This document shows, piece by piece, positions 36,801 to 49,310 of a stretch of 64,000 nt of DNA. The DNA is from Sphagnum compactum (taxonomy: Eukaryota): the NCBI GenBank assembly GCA_965153455.1, contig OZ234493.1:26216213-26280212 (forward strand), in the 5' to 3' direction. Every line of letters starts with the position of its first letter. Position 1 is the stretch's first letter. The notes beneath the pieces are model-generated. The model was not told the DNA's origin and searched no databases. It was given only the letters and a program-made list of their open reading frames with translations. The translations under genes were made by a program, and so were the position numbers.

Positions 36801-39800
36801 TAATGTCTATGGCTAAGACACATACTTGACCATTAGTGAGAAAATATAATCCTAGTCAATATACCATATGTTTGGAAGTAGCCTTGAGCTACAACCCTAG
36901 CCTTGGAGATCTCTCTTTATGCAAGAGTCTTCATTTGAAATACCCATTGATTACCTTTTGATTTCTTGGCGTATCTATCAAAGTCCAAGTTTTGTTTTGC
37001 AACAAAGATTTATATTCATTTTGCATTGCTACCTTTCATTGTTTTTGTTTTGGGCTAGTGTCATGTTTAGTACAAGTGTTTGGTTCAACATGTATGTCTT
37101 TAGTTTCAATGAGGCATGCAAAAGATGGTGCACCTTGAATATAATAATCGGCAAGCTTGTGGAGTAGCCCTTTAACTCATTAGTTATGAAAACCATCATC
37201 AAGATGTGCATTATGTTTGATTTTTGCATATAGTTCAAGATGAATATCTTGGAAATTATCAATGATCAGAGGATCAAATGATACCTCTTCAACATCATAT
37301 TTGGTTGAGTTGATACCACTTCTACAACCCAGATATAACTGAAAACTACCATTAGATTGGGTTGATACCTCCTTTACAATCATATATGGGTTGTTTTATG
37401 GTGCTTGTGTCGGTTGTAATAGTAATATTGTTGCATGAGGATCATATTGTAAAGCAACATGTAAATGTTCAATAGACTTAGGTATGTTGTTTGCATGCAT
37501 GTTTAGGTGTCTCTTCTTCTTGAAACAAAACAACATGGCATATGATCCTTTGGTTCTTGAGTGGATGCCGCAATTAGTGATTTTTTGGGGTTTTTTTTGT
37601 AATTTTGAGAAAAAATATTAAAAATTTTTTTAATCACAAATTTCCTGTTTTTAAAAAAACATTTCCCAAAATTAACAATTACACAATTACCCAAAAGATT
37701 TTATATTTTTGTATTTCTAATACCACCAAAATTGGCTAAATATACTTGTGGACTACTGCCACTCAAGAGCACATTACAAAATTGAAAAAGAAAAATATTA
37801 ACCACAACATGTAAGCATTAGAAATAAAGCTATATCCAACAAAGATAGTTTTCACCAACATTCTGCAATTATCAAATTTGAGGAGAGAAGCAGTGAAGTT
37901 TTCAAGCTAATTCTCACCATGAAAACCGAAGGATTGAAAATTGCCCCTTGAGTTCCCATTCAAGTGAGAACTAGCCGTTTGAGAATTGCCTTATTTAAAG
38001 AAATTCAAAAAATTGAAAATTGCTTAATGCAATAAAAGCAACCCAATGGTAGTTCTCAACTAAATAGGTCTAAATCTAAGGGGTATTCTAGGGGTGAAAA
38101 TTAATACTTAGCTTGAAAGTAATTACTAATAATTTTCAAGCTAGGATTCTAAGTCCTAGTTTCAACTTTGAATTCAAAATTTGGAGGGTAGTAATTCAAG
38201 GTAACAAATTCTAAAGGGCTAATCGATGAGTAGGACTAAGTTTATAGGATTTTAAAGTTTCAAGCTAGATTTTCAGGCTAAGTTGCTTCTTCTAAAAGCT
38301 TCTTAGGTTGTTTAAAAAAAAATTAAAATTAAAAATTAAAATTATGGTAATGAGGTTGAAATAACCACCTAAGAAAACAATGATTATCAAATTTGTGAAA
38401 GCCATCTATTTGAGAACCAACTTAAAAAATAATAATTGAAAATGTGCATAATGTTTTATATGCAAGATGGTTTTTATGTGCTTCGATCATTTTCCAAAAT
38501 CTGAATTGACAAAAAAGAAAACAAGACAATTCTCAAAGTGATGAGAAGAATTGAAATTAGTGGTTCTAAAAAAATGCAAAAACCATCCAACACTTTTTAT
38601 TCTTTCCTTTTTCTCATCTGCTACAAAGGTTTAGTTAAAATTTATGTAATATTTTCTTAGAATCCTTTGCTTTTCCTTGTGAATTGTAGGTTTTTGATTG
38701 TTATGCAATCTAAGCAAGTTATGTGAAGGTTGTGGATATTAGAGGCTTTGTGGAAATACTTGCAAAAATCAATTTCATATGGTATATTATAATATGCCAT
38801 TCCTTTGCACATGAAGTGTTAATGATATATTTGATTTAGCTCCTGTGATCTTTCTTTTATTCTTACCATGTTCCAGACCACCAACTTTGAATTGGATTGC
38901 AGTTGAATTTTTAATAGAACTCTAGGCAAATTTATGTACTTTCTTTGTAATGCAATCTTCATGTGTTAAATGACTTGAATCCATTTAAGGTTTAGGATTT
39001 TAGTCTGTTTAATTTCTTTGGAACTATTAACAAATTTTGCTAATTATTCACATATTATTTGAACCGTTATCCAATTAATTTTGTTGGTTTATCTTGACCT
39101 TGTGTTCTGAAAGAAAATTATGTCTTTATGCAATTATAATCCCCAATGCCAAGTGTGTGTAATCACCAATTACTTTCTTCTATAATTGTTGAAATTAATC
39201 CTCATCATCAACTGTTTTTCTAGAATGACAATTTTAAACAAGTGCCTTGGGTGGTGAGTCTTATGACAAGTTCTATTGAGGCTTTGTTGAACAAGCTCCT
39301 TAAATAGGTGTAAATAAAAGTAACCGCATCCAATTTTTCATGTTCTGAATTAGAATCCCATTGAGTATTCCTTCACATGTTTCAGATTTTGTTCAGGAAC
39401 ATTTGTCATGAATGAGTGGAATTCTATCTATGCTTGTTTTGTCATAATTTGTCATGGTGCTCATGTCCATTGTTAATTCATTGGCTCATTTAGATCAGGT
39501 GTAGGGTGTTCTTCAACATGCTTTCAAATGCAGGTTTTCAAAATGTGCATTCTCAAGACCTCCCTGTAAGAATGGTGATATGTCTCCTCTTAAATGTGTG
39601 TTGCATCCTTTTCCTTGTTCCATGCATAGGCTTCAGGTCACAAATTGACGGTCATGCTGGATATTATCTCATTATGATTTCTGGCTTCTTGACCTGGGCA
39701 TGTTAAATTCAAGGTTGGCAGTTTTTCAGTGCAGGCTTGGGGTTCAGAACAAGTTTCTGAATAGCTTTGTGTATGTGGTTTCCACTTGGAAGTTCTAATG

Positions 39801-39853
39801 GCATGCTTGCAAACTGGCAAGGTATCTCTTCAACCTAATGATGTTGCTTCAAT

Positions 39854-41615
39854 TCAATCTTGTGAGCTTCTGGCAGGAACATCAATCTGTTCCTGCCAGT
39901 AGAGCATAGAGAAGGTGGTTTGTGACACTGAAATCTGCTCTTCTGAGAAGTGCTCTGTGAAGTACCAAGCACTGGGCGTATCAGTTGTAAGTTCCTGAAT
40001 CTAAACTACACAACTCAAATACTATGGTTTGCATGGCTGTAGTTTGCTCATCTTGCCTAATCACTCTGCAAGTTATCAAGTCTAGCTATAAGAGATAAGT
40101 TGAATTGATGTCTTTTGTTATGTGTCTGTACCTTGTCTTGCAGATTGGAGCTTAGTGGGGTCTTTGTGTTCTTGCTGTTGGCCTGGCTTTTCGAGAGGAT
40201 CTTTCCCAGGTACTCATAGGACTCATGTAAGCATATGGCCACCACTTTGGCGTTGCTGGAATGTAAGACCAAAATGTAGATATTATTATACTCATTTGTA
40301 AAAGTGCCTGAAAATTCAAACATGACACTGTTAGTATGATCATTGAGCCAGTTACCATCTTCCTGGTCTGCATTCCCTCAATGTCCTTGGTTCAATTTCA
40401 GAGCTGCTACAGAACACTAGTGGGATTAGAGTTTTACAGACTTGATGCCGACCTATGAAAAGTATTGGATGTCCTCATTGCTTCCTTCAAAGTTTCTATG
40501 CTCAGCTACTTGCAGTGAGCTTTCTGGCTTCTGGTATAGGACCCATCAAGCACACTTTGGGTGACACAATGTAGCTTTTCAAACAATTGGTTATTTAAAA
40601 GACAACTGAGAGCATAGACTCTTCATCTTCAATAAACTTATTGTCATATTCAGTACACTTAACACTAATATCACAAGTTACAAATTAAACTGGAACAAAT
40701 AGATAGTTGAGCTCGAAACTCCAAAATCCTATGATGTTAAGTAATTCAAAACATTATCTACATAAAGTTCTAGACCTGAAAGGAATGTGTCTATACCTCC
40801 AAAGTCTGAAGTCCCAAAAGGTTCAAGCTCAAAACCTACTTTTAAGCATGGAACCCCAAAGGCATCATCTAAAAAAGGGCACACTTGGAAGCAAATTTTT
40901 TGGTAATCATTGAAATGGGGAACCATTTCACATGAACACTCTTATCTCAAGATTGGACATTTTACACTTGCTAGTCATTATTTTACAAAGTGGACAAGGA
41001 AAGAAGAACAAAGTAAGTGAGAGCAGATCCATCAGCAAGAAGGGATAATTGCAACAAGGGATTCAAAAGAAAAAAGGATGAAGACAAGAAGCCATGATCA
41101 AAGGGAAAAGACAAACAAAACAAGACAAGGAAGAGCATAGAATGAGAAATGTGTGAAGAAAAAGAGAGAGAAGTGAGAATGTGATAGAAGAAAGATCCCA
41201 AAGAAAATTTGATTATATATCTGTGGGTTATCAGAGGTACTTAACTCTGTAACCATCCAATGAGCCATTAGTGAAATATGCCATCTCTCCCTATAGGGTC
41301 CCATGAACACTTATCTGACCTCTTGTTGGGTGAGTTGATATAATGACATTACCTCTTGATCAGTATCTGCTGTCACTATTTGCCTATTTAGATGGGAAAC
41401 TCATTCTTTGCTGGCAGAACAAAACATCCATGAGATTACAGAGAAGACTCCACAAAAAACATTGATGTAACTGTTGTGTTAGTTTCAACCCCAAAGAATA
41501 AAAAACATGACAAGATTGAGTCTGGCTATCACCTCATCACGAGTGGCAGACCAAAAACTGACAAAATATCTTGATAAGTACTGAGAACTTCTCCATACTT
41601 ATGATTTAAGTCAAC
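39854..41615 (-). CDS. Possible unrecognised multi-exon ORF with no start found. Candidate exons: 41615-41533, 41383-41353, 41290-41241, 40406-40356, 40255-40132, 39994-39854
   Basis: Six GT..AG-bounded segments join in phase into ~159 stop-free codons (VDLNHKYGEVLSTYQDIL...DVPARSSQD*). No family is recognisable, and one intron is only 62 nt. Confidence 0.25.
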
Positions 41616-43233
41616 CTGAATAGAAAGAAATCACCTGATATACAGGATTGTAGAGATTTCGGATCTGACAATATGTCATCAACAAATCAGCAAACATGAA
41701 GAAAGAGGAAATGAAAACCTAAAAGGGCGCAGAAAACGAAAGCCAAAATAAAACCAAAAACTGGGGAGGAGGTTGAACAAAGCAACCCATATGCATGTTC
41801 AGAGATCTTCAACAGCAATATGTATGCCCAACAGCTTCATCAGCTCCCTTGGCAGTGGGTGGAGGCCAATGTAAAACATTCTATAAAACCAGCAGAAATA
41901 GGAAAACTCAGCCATGACGTTTGGCTAGGTCAAAAAAACCTAAAAGAGATAGAGAGTAACCAAAAACCCAAGAAGAAAGAGGAAGTGACGAAAAAAGAGA
42001 AAGAGAAAAAACAAAACCCAAACAAGAAAAGAGTAAGAAAGCAGAGAGAAAAAAAAAAGAGGTTTAAGAGCATGATCTCCTAAAGGTTTAGATTAACACA
42101 CTATTTGACATCTGCTATTGTGCGCATTTGCATTGAGTTCTCTGACGAGGAACTCATGCTTGGCACTCCCCAAAAACAATTTCTAGTCAGGAATTGAAAT
42201 CATTGGAATCACCCTAGTATTTAAACTATTCCTTGAAAAGCCTCACAATTTGACACAATCGTTTAGATAGATGTGGGCACAAACCATGAGCACGATACTT
42301 AACAACACAGCTCCTATATAGTACATGGAATTCCATGTCACTTCCAAATGTGCCCCACCATCATTTTTAATGCAGTTGTAGAGTGCTTGCTCGATACCGA
42401 CACAAACTTGAGCACAATGCCTTGAACAGAGGACATGATTACTCCATCAAACCTAGACTCACAGGGAAATGAAAATAGTATTACTCCCTTTACATTGGGA
42501 GTCAAACAAGAAGGGCTGCTCTTGACCATCAAGAAGAACCCATTGCACTAGTCACATCAAATTTGAGTTCTATCAAATTTAGCCAATCATAATGATTGGT
42601 CCAGGTGGTTTGCTATTAGTAGTCTCCCGGCTATTTGCAGTCAACGTGGATGTGAGAAATATTTCTATAGCGTCACATACTGAGCACCGCTGGAGATGCT
42701 CTAAGTCTCAACATAGAGTTTTCCAATAACCTTCACAAGCATCTTGCCATAAGTCCCGCACCTGAATTCGTCACCAAAAAATTCCATTCAATACAGCACA
42801 ACAAACTGCTAATTTTTCCGCCCGTCCGATTCAGTGGCTTTAGTTGGCCGCTCATGGGTGCAATTGTGTATGGGGTTTCCCTCTTTCTCGTGAGCTGCGA
42901 ATGTAGTTGTGGATGTTGTGATTCTCAGGTGTATGTGTTTTCTTTTCCCCGCAGAGACTCGCGGAGTGCGTTTCTAGTTCTCTTTAGCATTATAAGTTAG
43001 CGCAGCAGCAGAATCATTGTCATCGCCGTCATACACTTAAGTTTTAGCAAAGGATAGGGTTTAACAGGCGCAATGTGACGCAAAGAAACAGAGCCCGGAA
43101 ATACCAATGAAACTGAAACTTTGGTCGAGGAGGAATAGAAGCGGGGGCGAGAAACAACAGGGAATAGACTCCGCTTGAGAGTTCAGTTGCACAGGAAGGA
43201 AAGAAAGGAGGAAGAAGAGGACGACCCAAGAAA

Positions 43234-46200
43234 ATGGCGATGTCAATTAGCCAAGAGAGTGAGCTAGCGCCCCCAGTGCGTCTAGCTAATGCCTTGGAGG
43301 GGTTAGGACGGGCTGTCCGCCACATTGCCGATGTGAGGGCAGGTGCAGATCTTCTTCTGGAAGCGCTTGACGCAGCTGCATCGATGCGAGGTCGTGAAAC
43401 CGGAAACAAAAAGGCCAGCGATGGTATCCAAAAAGTCGCCGACTTTATGAAAAAGGCTCTTGACGAGCTTCAATCTACAGGTAAAAACCATTGCTACCAG
43501 TGCAGCAGGTGGATAGTGGGCATCCATCCCCACTTCAGTAGAAAAGAAAGGATTCAGATCCAATTTTCTCGAAGACAAACTCATGTCTAGAACTGGAGAC
43601 TGCTCCACACTTGTCCTCTGGCGAGTCAAGTGATGTCGCTCTGATGATTTCGTAGAGTTTCAGTAGTTCTGGTTCTACTGTCATACGATCACAGGTGGTG
43701 TGACGTAGTAGCAGGGTCTAGGGTTTAGGGTTACAGTTAGGGTTCCAAGATCTTTCTTTATTAGGTCAATGGTTGTGAGCAAGTAAGAGCTCAGTGTTTT
43801 GTATTGGTGTGTGTGCATTGTGATGTTGTCACTTGGAAGCTCTTGATTCGGAATGGTGTAGCATGTCTCAGATTGGTGTTCAGTGTGACGAAATCTGGAA
43901 TAGGTCTTGTCTGATTGTAATATGGTGGTGTTGGTGATGTTGCACAAGTCTGGTCTTTTTGAGGTTTGGCTTTTTGTCTCTACAGGGCGGGAGCTGGAGG
44001 CTGCTGGAGTATTAAATGGGGCACAACAACGGTTTGAAGAAAATCAACCTTGGAATCTTCAAGTTCCTCTCGTCTCTCATGATGGAGCTCTTGTTCCTTA
44101 TGCTTGGAAACGACAAATTGCTGGACAAGCGGCAGCCTCTGCCTTTGACAGGGCCAGGTCCTTTCCACTTCTCCAGACCTGTTATTGCACCTCATTTGCA
44201 CATGCAAAGAAGCCTGTCTATGCTTCGACAAACTCTCTTTCTATGTAGCGATATTTGTGCTTTGGCTGATGCATTATTAGTTCTGCATTCATATGCTTGT
44301 GCCTGGACACATATGGGCTCAGAAGAGATAGTATAGGTGTTTGGCTGCAACTCTAGTTTTATGTAATGGATCAAAAGATATAAGAATTGTAGTGCAGAGT
44401 TGAGAAGGTGTCTCATTTGTAGATTCAAGGCAATCATTGCAACCTATGTGTCTCTAACCTTTCATTGCACACATTGGATTTTTGTGTTGCATGAGGTGTT
44501 CATAGTACCTAATTCAGGCAGTAATATTCATGTTAATGTCATCACTCAGGAAGGTGCAAATAGTGAAACACTGTGTAAAATCTGAAGTGTGGCAGGCTGG
44601 CTCTGAAGGCATTTGCAGAGCAAAAGAGAAGGTTTTTTCCAGGGCTAGGCCCTGATGTGGTGACTGAAAGTAATTCAAATCCTGCATCAGAAACACCAAA
44701 GACTGATGGATCAAACCAAGCGGCAACCTCAAGCCCAGTTCTATCTGATGTCTTACGACGAATTCAGTCAGAAATGCCTGGAATGGTTGTCACCCAATAT
44801 GCTCGATTAGCCTGGATGAATAACAGATTGGGTTCAAATTCCAGGTTTGATTCAAGTGCTGGTGTTCTAAGTCTTTCAGTGAATTCATCGCTCTCACTAA
44901 GAAAGGGAATGGCTCTGACATCACAGTTGGCTGGAGGTGAAGCCCCCCCTTCCTTGAGGTCTAGTGAAAAAGTAGCTGTCTTGGAGGTTACTATACCTGG
45001 AATTCTCAGAGCTATCATCTCATTGCTTCCTCCGGGTTCCGTGTACCCAGACGCAATTGCAGTATTCTCGTCAGATGAGGTGGGTTTCTAAGATTTTTAT
45101 GTTGTTGTGCACTTCCTTGTAAAGAGTTCAATAACCACCGTGTTTGGACTGAACAGTTTTGTCTAGAGTCTATGAATGTTGCTGTCATTCATGTTTCTCC
45201 TCACTTCTGTCTTGTGGTCTTGTTTTCTCCTTTTTTAAGGGGGTGGATTTTTCCTTTTAGTGCTTGCTGATTGGTTGTTGTTATGGTTTCAGATCTGAAG
45301 TATCCATAATGTTTTAGTTAGGTCATCTCTCAATTCTTTTCAGGGTTAATTAAATTGGAAGTAAGAGAATTATGCAGTAGTTATAAAGATATCTCATTTC
45401 CTTTTCTTTGTCCTGAGTCATTGTTCTCATCTTTGTTTTGATTTGGCCACAACTCACACAAAAGTAATTTCAATACATAAAATGCTAGTGTGGAGTTTCT
45501 GTCTGCCATGACAATGATGTTTCCTCTCTGTCCTGTCAATGTTTGAGTCTCAAGTAATGAAGAGGTTGAAATCTTCTTTCATGGTAATGGTACAGTGCTC
45601 ATATGTATAGAACTTCTGGTAAAGATGGTATAGATTTTGAGGTTAGTTTTATGTTTACTCACATAGGTTTTCTATTGTCCTTTCTCTGCATGGACTCATT
45701 CTTGTTCTGTTTGTTTGTTTGGCTGAAACCAACAGTACCTTGGTTGTCTTACATGCTTTTGTGGAGTTTCTGTCTGCAACAACATTGATATTTCCTCTCT
45801 TTGCCCTGCCAAAGTAGAGTCAAAAGTGAGGAAAAGACTGAAATCTTGTCTTGTGGTGATGGTAGAGGGGAGGCCACATTCAAGCATGGGGTGTATCCCA
45901 ACACAAATTGCATCAACAACTCTCGGTTTGTGCTCATATAGTCTGCTTACCATTTTTCCATTGAAGATCTTTCTGCATTTGTCAGCTGCTTAAAGCCTAG
46001 TGGTGCCTCACAATTTAGTTGCATGCAGGAATTTAGATTCTGTCACCAGAATGTTAACATTTGATTGCAGCCAGGAAATGGCTGGGAAATGGATGGGATG
46101 TTGCAGTGGAAAGTGTGTGCAACTAACTGTTGAGTCACAAACTGTTGGGACACTAAGATTATCTTGGATGTGGCTGCAACAAGAATTTTGTTACTAGCAG

Positions 46201-47191
46201 AATCCTTCTCGCATTTGTGTGATCATATGGCTTTTGTGGCAGGAACAAGCAGTGATGGTGCTATATCAACTTTTGCAACAAGATCGATCATCAACCCTTG
46301 AGCTCCTTTTGGTATGACAATATAACTATTTTCATCAAGTTTTCACGTTGGATGGTCAATATTTTGTGTTGTATTTGTTTGCTGGTGTTAAATGTATTCC
46401 TCTTATTCCATTTTTCCATTTGTCCGTGTTTTCCTGTATGACCATCATTGTTCCCTGTGCCATTGTGTGTTGACACTCCAAACCTAGAACTCATGTTTCC
46501 ACATATTCTTGGAGCTTCCATTGTCTGCTTAAGAGCTAGTATGGGCTACCCAACCAAATGATTTGGGGTTTGACAATACAAGATTTATGAGAGCTCATAT
46601 AGTTTCTTATTTGACTTTGAAGAATAATGTCCCTGCTGTGCAAGCATTTGTATTTGTGATGCTTTTGTAATCCATTGGGGTGTTGGTATCAAATGTTTCG
46701 GGTGGTGCAGCAATGGCTTTACTCATACCGGTTGCTCTTCACAAAGCAATGCACGTGAGTTTTTTTTTCCCCTAAACCCAACTCCTCGAGAAGTCAGTTG
46801 CTTCATCATGTATCAGCACCTGCTTATACATGCAGAATTATGTTACATGTCAAAAACAGTTTACGATTTGTTCATACAGCACTAGTTGTGAACAGGACAG
46901 TGTAAATTATTGTTCTTATTCATCCCAAGTGAATTGTGTGGTAGTTCAGTACTCACATCTATCATAATGTCTGGTGTGGAATGTTGGTGTGCTGGATTTT
47001 GCAGTGAATGTAAGCATGTGATGGCATATGATGCACCATCTGGCCTTTTGTTTCCTCCCTTAGTAAGGCCTGCTCGCATCCCCAGTGCAGCACAAAATTC
47101 AAAGGAATCACAAAACAAGAAAACAGATGAAACTAATACTGACAATGAAGTCCTTGCATACCACTTAGGGTGTGCCCCCAAGGATTTGTAA
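43234..47191 (+). CDS. MED27: Mediator of RNA polymerase II transcription subunit 27. Exons: 43234-43480, 43986-44157, 44596-45079, 45866-45925, 46243-46311, 46711-46754, 47005-47191
   Basis: Plant MED27 motifs are present: LGRAVRHIADVRAGADLLLEAL and DGALVPYAWKRQIAGQAAASAFDRARLALKAFAEQKRRFFP. The C-terminal Zn-type motif reads WLYSYRLLFTKQCTECKHVM..LLFPP..AYHLGC. Splicing is phase-consistent. Confidence 0.9.
43718..43744. promoter_or_regulatory. Telo-box-like (AAACCCTA on the minus strand) cluster in MED27 intron 1
   Basis: The sequence reads ctagggtttagggttacagttagggtt. Single telo-boxes also occur near 43054 and 26058, upstream of the MED27 and DRIF start codons. Confidence 0.35.
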
Positions 47192-49310
47192 TTCTCTTCA
47201 TAAATTCTGCTGTTTCTAGTAGTGGTGTTGCTAGTCACTTCAGGTTTAGCAGCTTCCTGCTCAATTCCTCCAAGGATAGGCAGGTATTATACTGGGATAG
47301 TGTAAGAATTCAATCTCTTGGAAATTCTCATGAGATGAAGTTTGTTTTTTTGGGTGCACTCCATACTGATTGTGACCCTGTAGTCTACACCCAAGGTCAG
47401 CAAGAATCACATGAAAGTAGGTGATTATTAGCCCTCACAAAATGCACTACTCTCAAGCTACCATGTCTGGCAAAACATACCTTTATGCTCTCCTATGTAC
47501 TATTTCTTGCACTAAATGGCTGTGCCTTTTTTGGATCCAGAAGTGACAATTGCATACACAAACTTGTGCATAGTTTAGTCCTGTGCTGACAAAATCTGAT
47601 TGTGGCCTGTTTGTTCCACAATATGCCAGAGCTCTTAGAGAGAAGATCATTGTGAACCTTGCATGGCTGCAGCTTGCCCTACAGCTCATGGTTTACATTA
47701 AGCTGGGATCATCTGACTGAGCTCACAGTGTGTGAGAGTTTGTGACTTTGCAGATGATTGTGATCTCTCATCAAAATGGAAGACTGGCTTGAAAGATCCA
47801 TTGATGTTTTTGGTATTCTGTAACCAGTGATCTTCATGTTTTCCAGGAGGAGCATTTTTGGAGGTAGTAGAGAGGTAAGGGAGACAAGGGAAGGAATCAA
47901 TTACACAGCTATCCTTCAGCTGTCTTGCATGATTCTTTGTTATGCGTTGATGAAGTAGGATTCTGCCTCTTGACAGGAAAAAGGAAGATCGTGGGTTAGT
48001 GTGTTGCAAATGTCAGCAAGCAGCATTGCAAGCTGCATCACTAGGAGCTTAAATGCCTCAGGAATCACACTTAACAATGTTCACAAGGAGCCATTAGCCT
48101 TTTAAAGTTTTCACAGCAGTTTCTTGGATGCCGTGCATTGTGCTATGGTGCAACGTCTGTTCTCAATGCTATAAACTGCTCCCAAACCTATCTGGCAATG
48201 GCTTCGCCAAGAGACAGGACTGATCATGGACATTCAAACAAATGATTCAAACATTTGGTGGATGGTCAGCACTGCTGGCAGTAGGAGAAATACAGAACAA
48301 AGCAAGGAAAACATACCAATGCAAGAACTAGTATTGGTAGTATGATGCAAGCATGACAGTTGGTTCCAATTGAACAGATTCTGGTAGGTGCAGAGCATCA
48401 CTACCCTTTGAGTTTCTTTGGTCTGATACCTTGGCATGAAATTGATTAATCATGTAATTATTTTTGATCCTTCGCAATTTTCAACTTCATCATACAATCT
48501 TGAATCCACATTATAAGAAGTTCACACATGATCCATATAACAAAAATTCAGCAGGATTTTTATTCCCATAATACAGTTTTTCTTGCAATCATGTAGACTG
48601 CCACTCAAATCATCCTAGAAGTACTTTCACCAGCCTTATTTCTGTTTTCTTCATGCAGCAGCACATGATGTCTGTCTGTCTGTCCATCTGTGCAGCTTCA
48701 AGGGTTCTCTAGTCTCCATCACACTAGTGTGAGGAGAATTGAAGGAGCAATGGAGGAGCAGCAGCTTCTTGTGCATGCTGCCACATGAGGGGCTGCCTAC
48801 AGTACAAAAACTACACAGGTTCAAGTTTCTGTCACATGAGTACCTGCAAGGCAGCTTTTTCTACTTGGTTCAAGAAGCAATGAGAAAATTCAATGCTGCC
48901 CAGAACCATGTAGATTCTGCCATTTTTATTGCAAGCTCATAATCTCAGCAAATTGTGAAATTGTTGAGCAGGCTGAACTAAGGATTTGTCGAAAAATCAA
49001 ATTGAACTAGTTGGGGGCAATGGAGTGGTGTACATAATCTTCTTCACACATGTCCCATTTGAGGAGGCATTGAACAAAAGCATGACCATGTATGTCCCAT
49101 CCATCTTCGAAAGACCTCAGCCCACCTTCTTGTTGCCTGAATCATATTAACCTCCACAAATGCGAACTCACGTGCTCAGTTGAGTATTGAGCAGCTTATG
49201 ACAAACCTGGGAACAAACTTGAGAATTGAAGGCAAAGAGCATGATCCTGCTGGTAATTGATCTAGTCTCTAGAATTTTTTTGTCTTGCCCTCAAATTCCA
49301 CCCAATTAGG

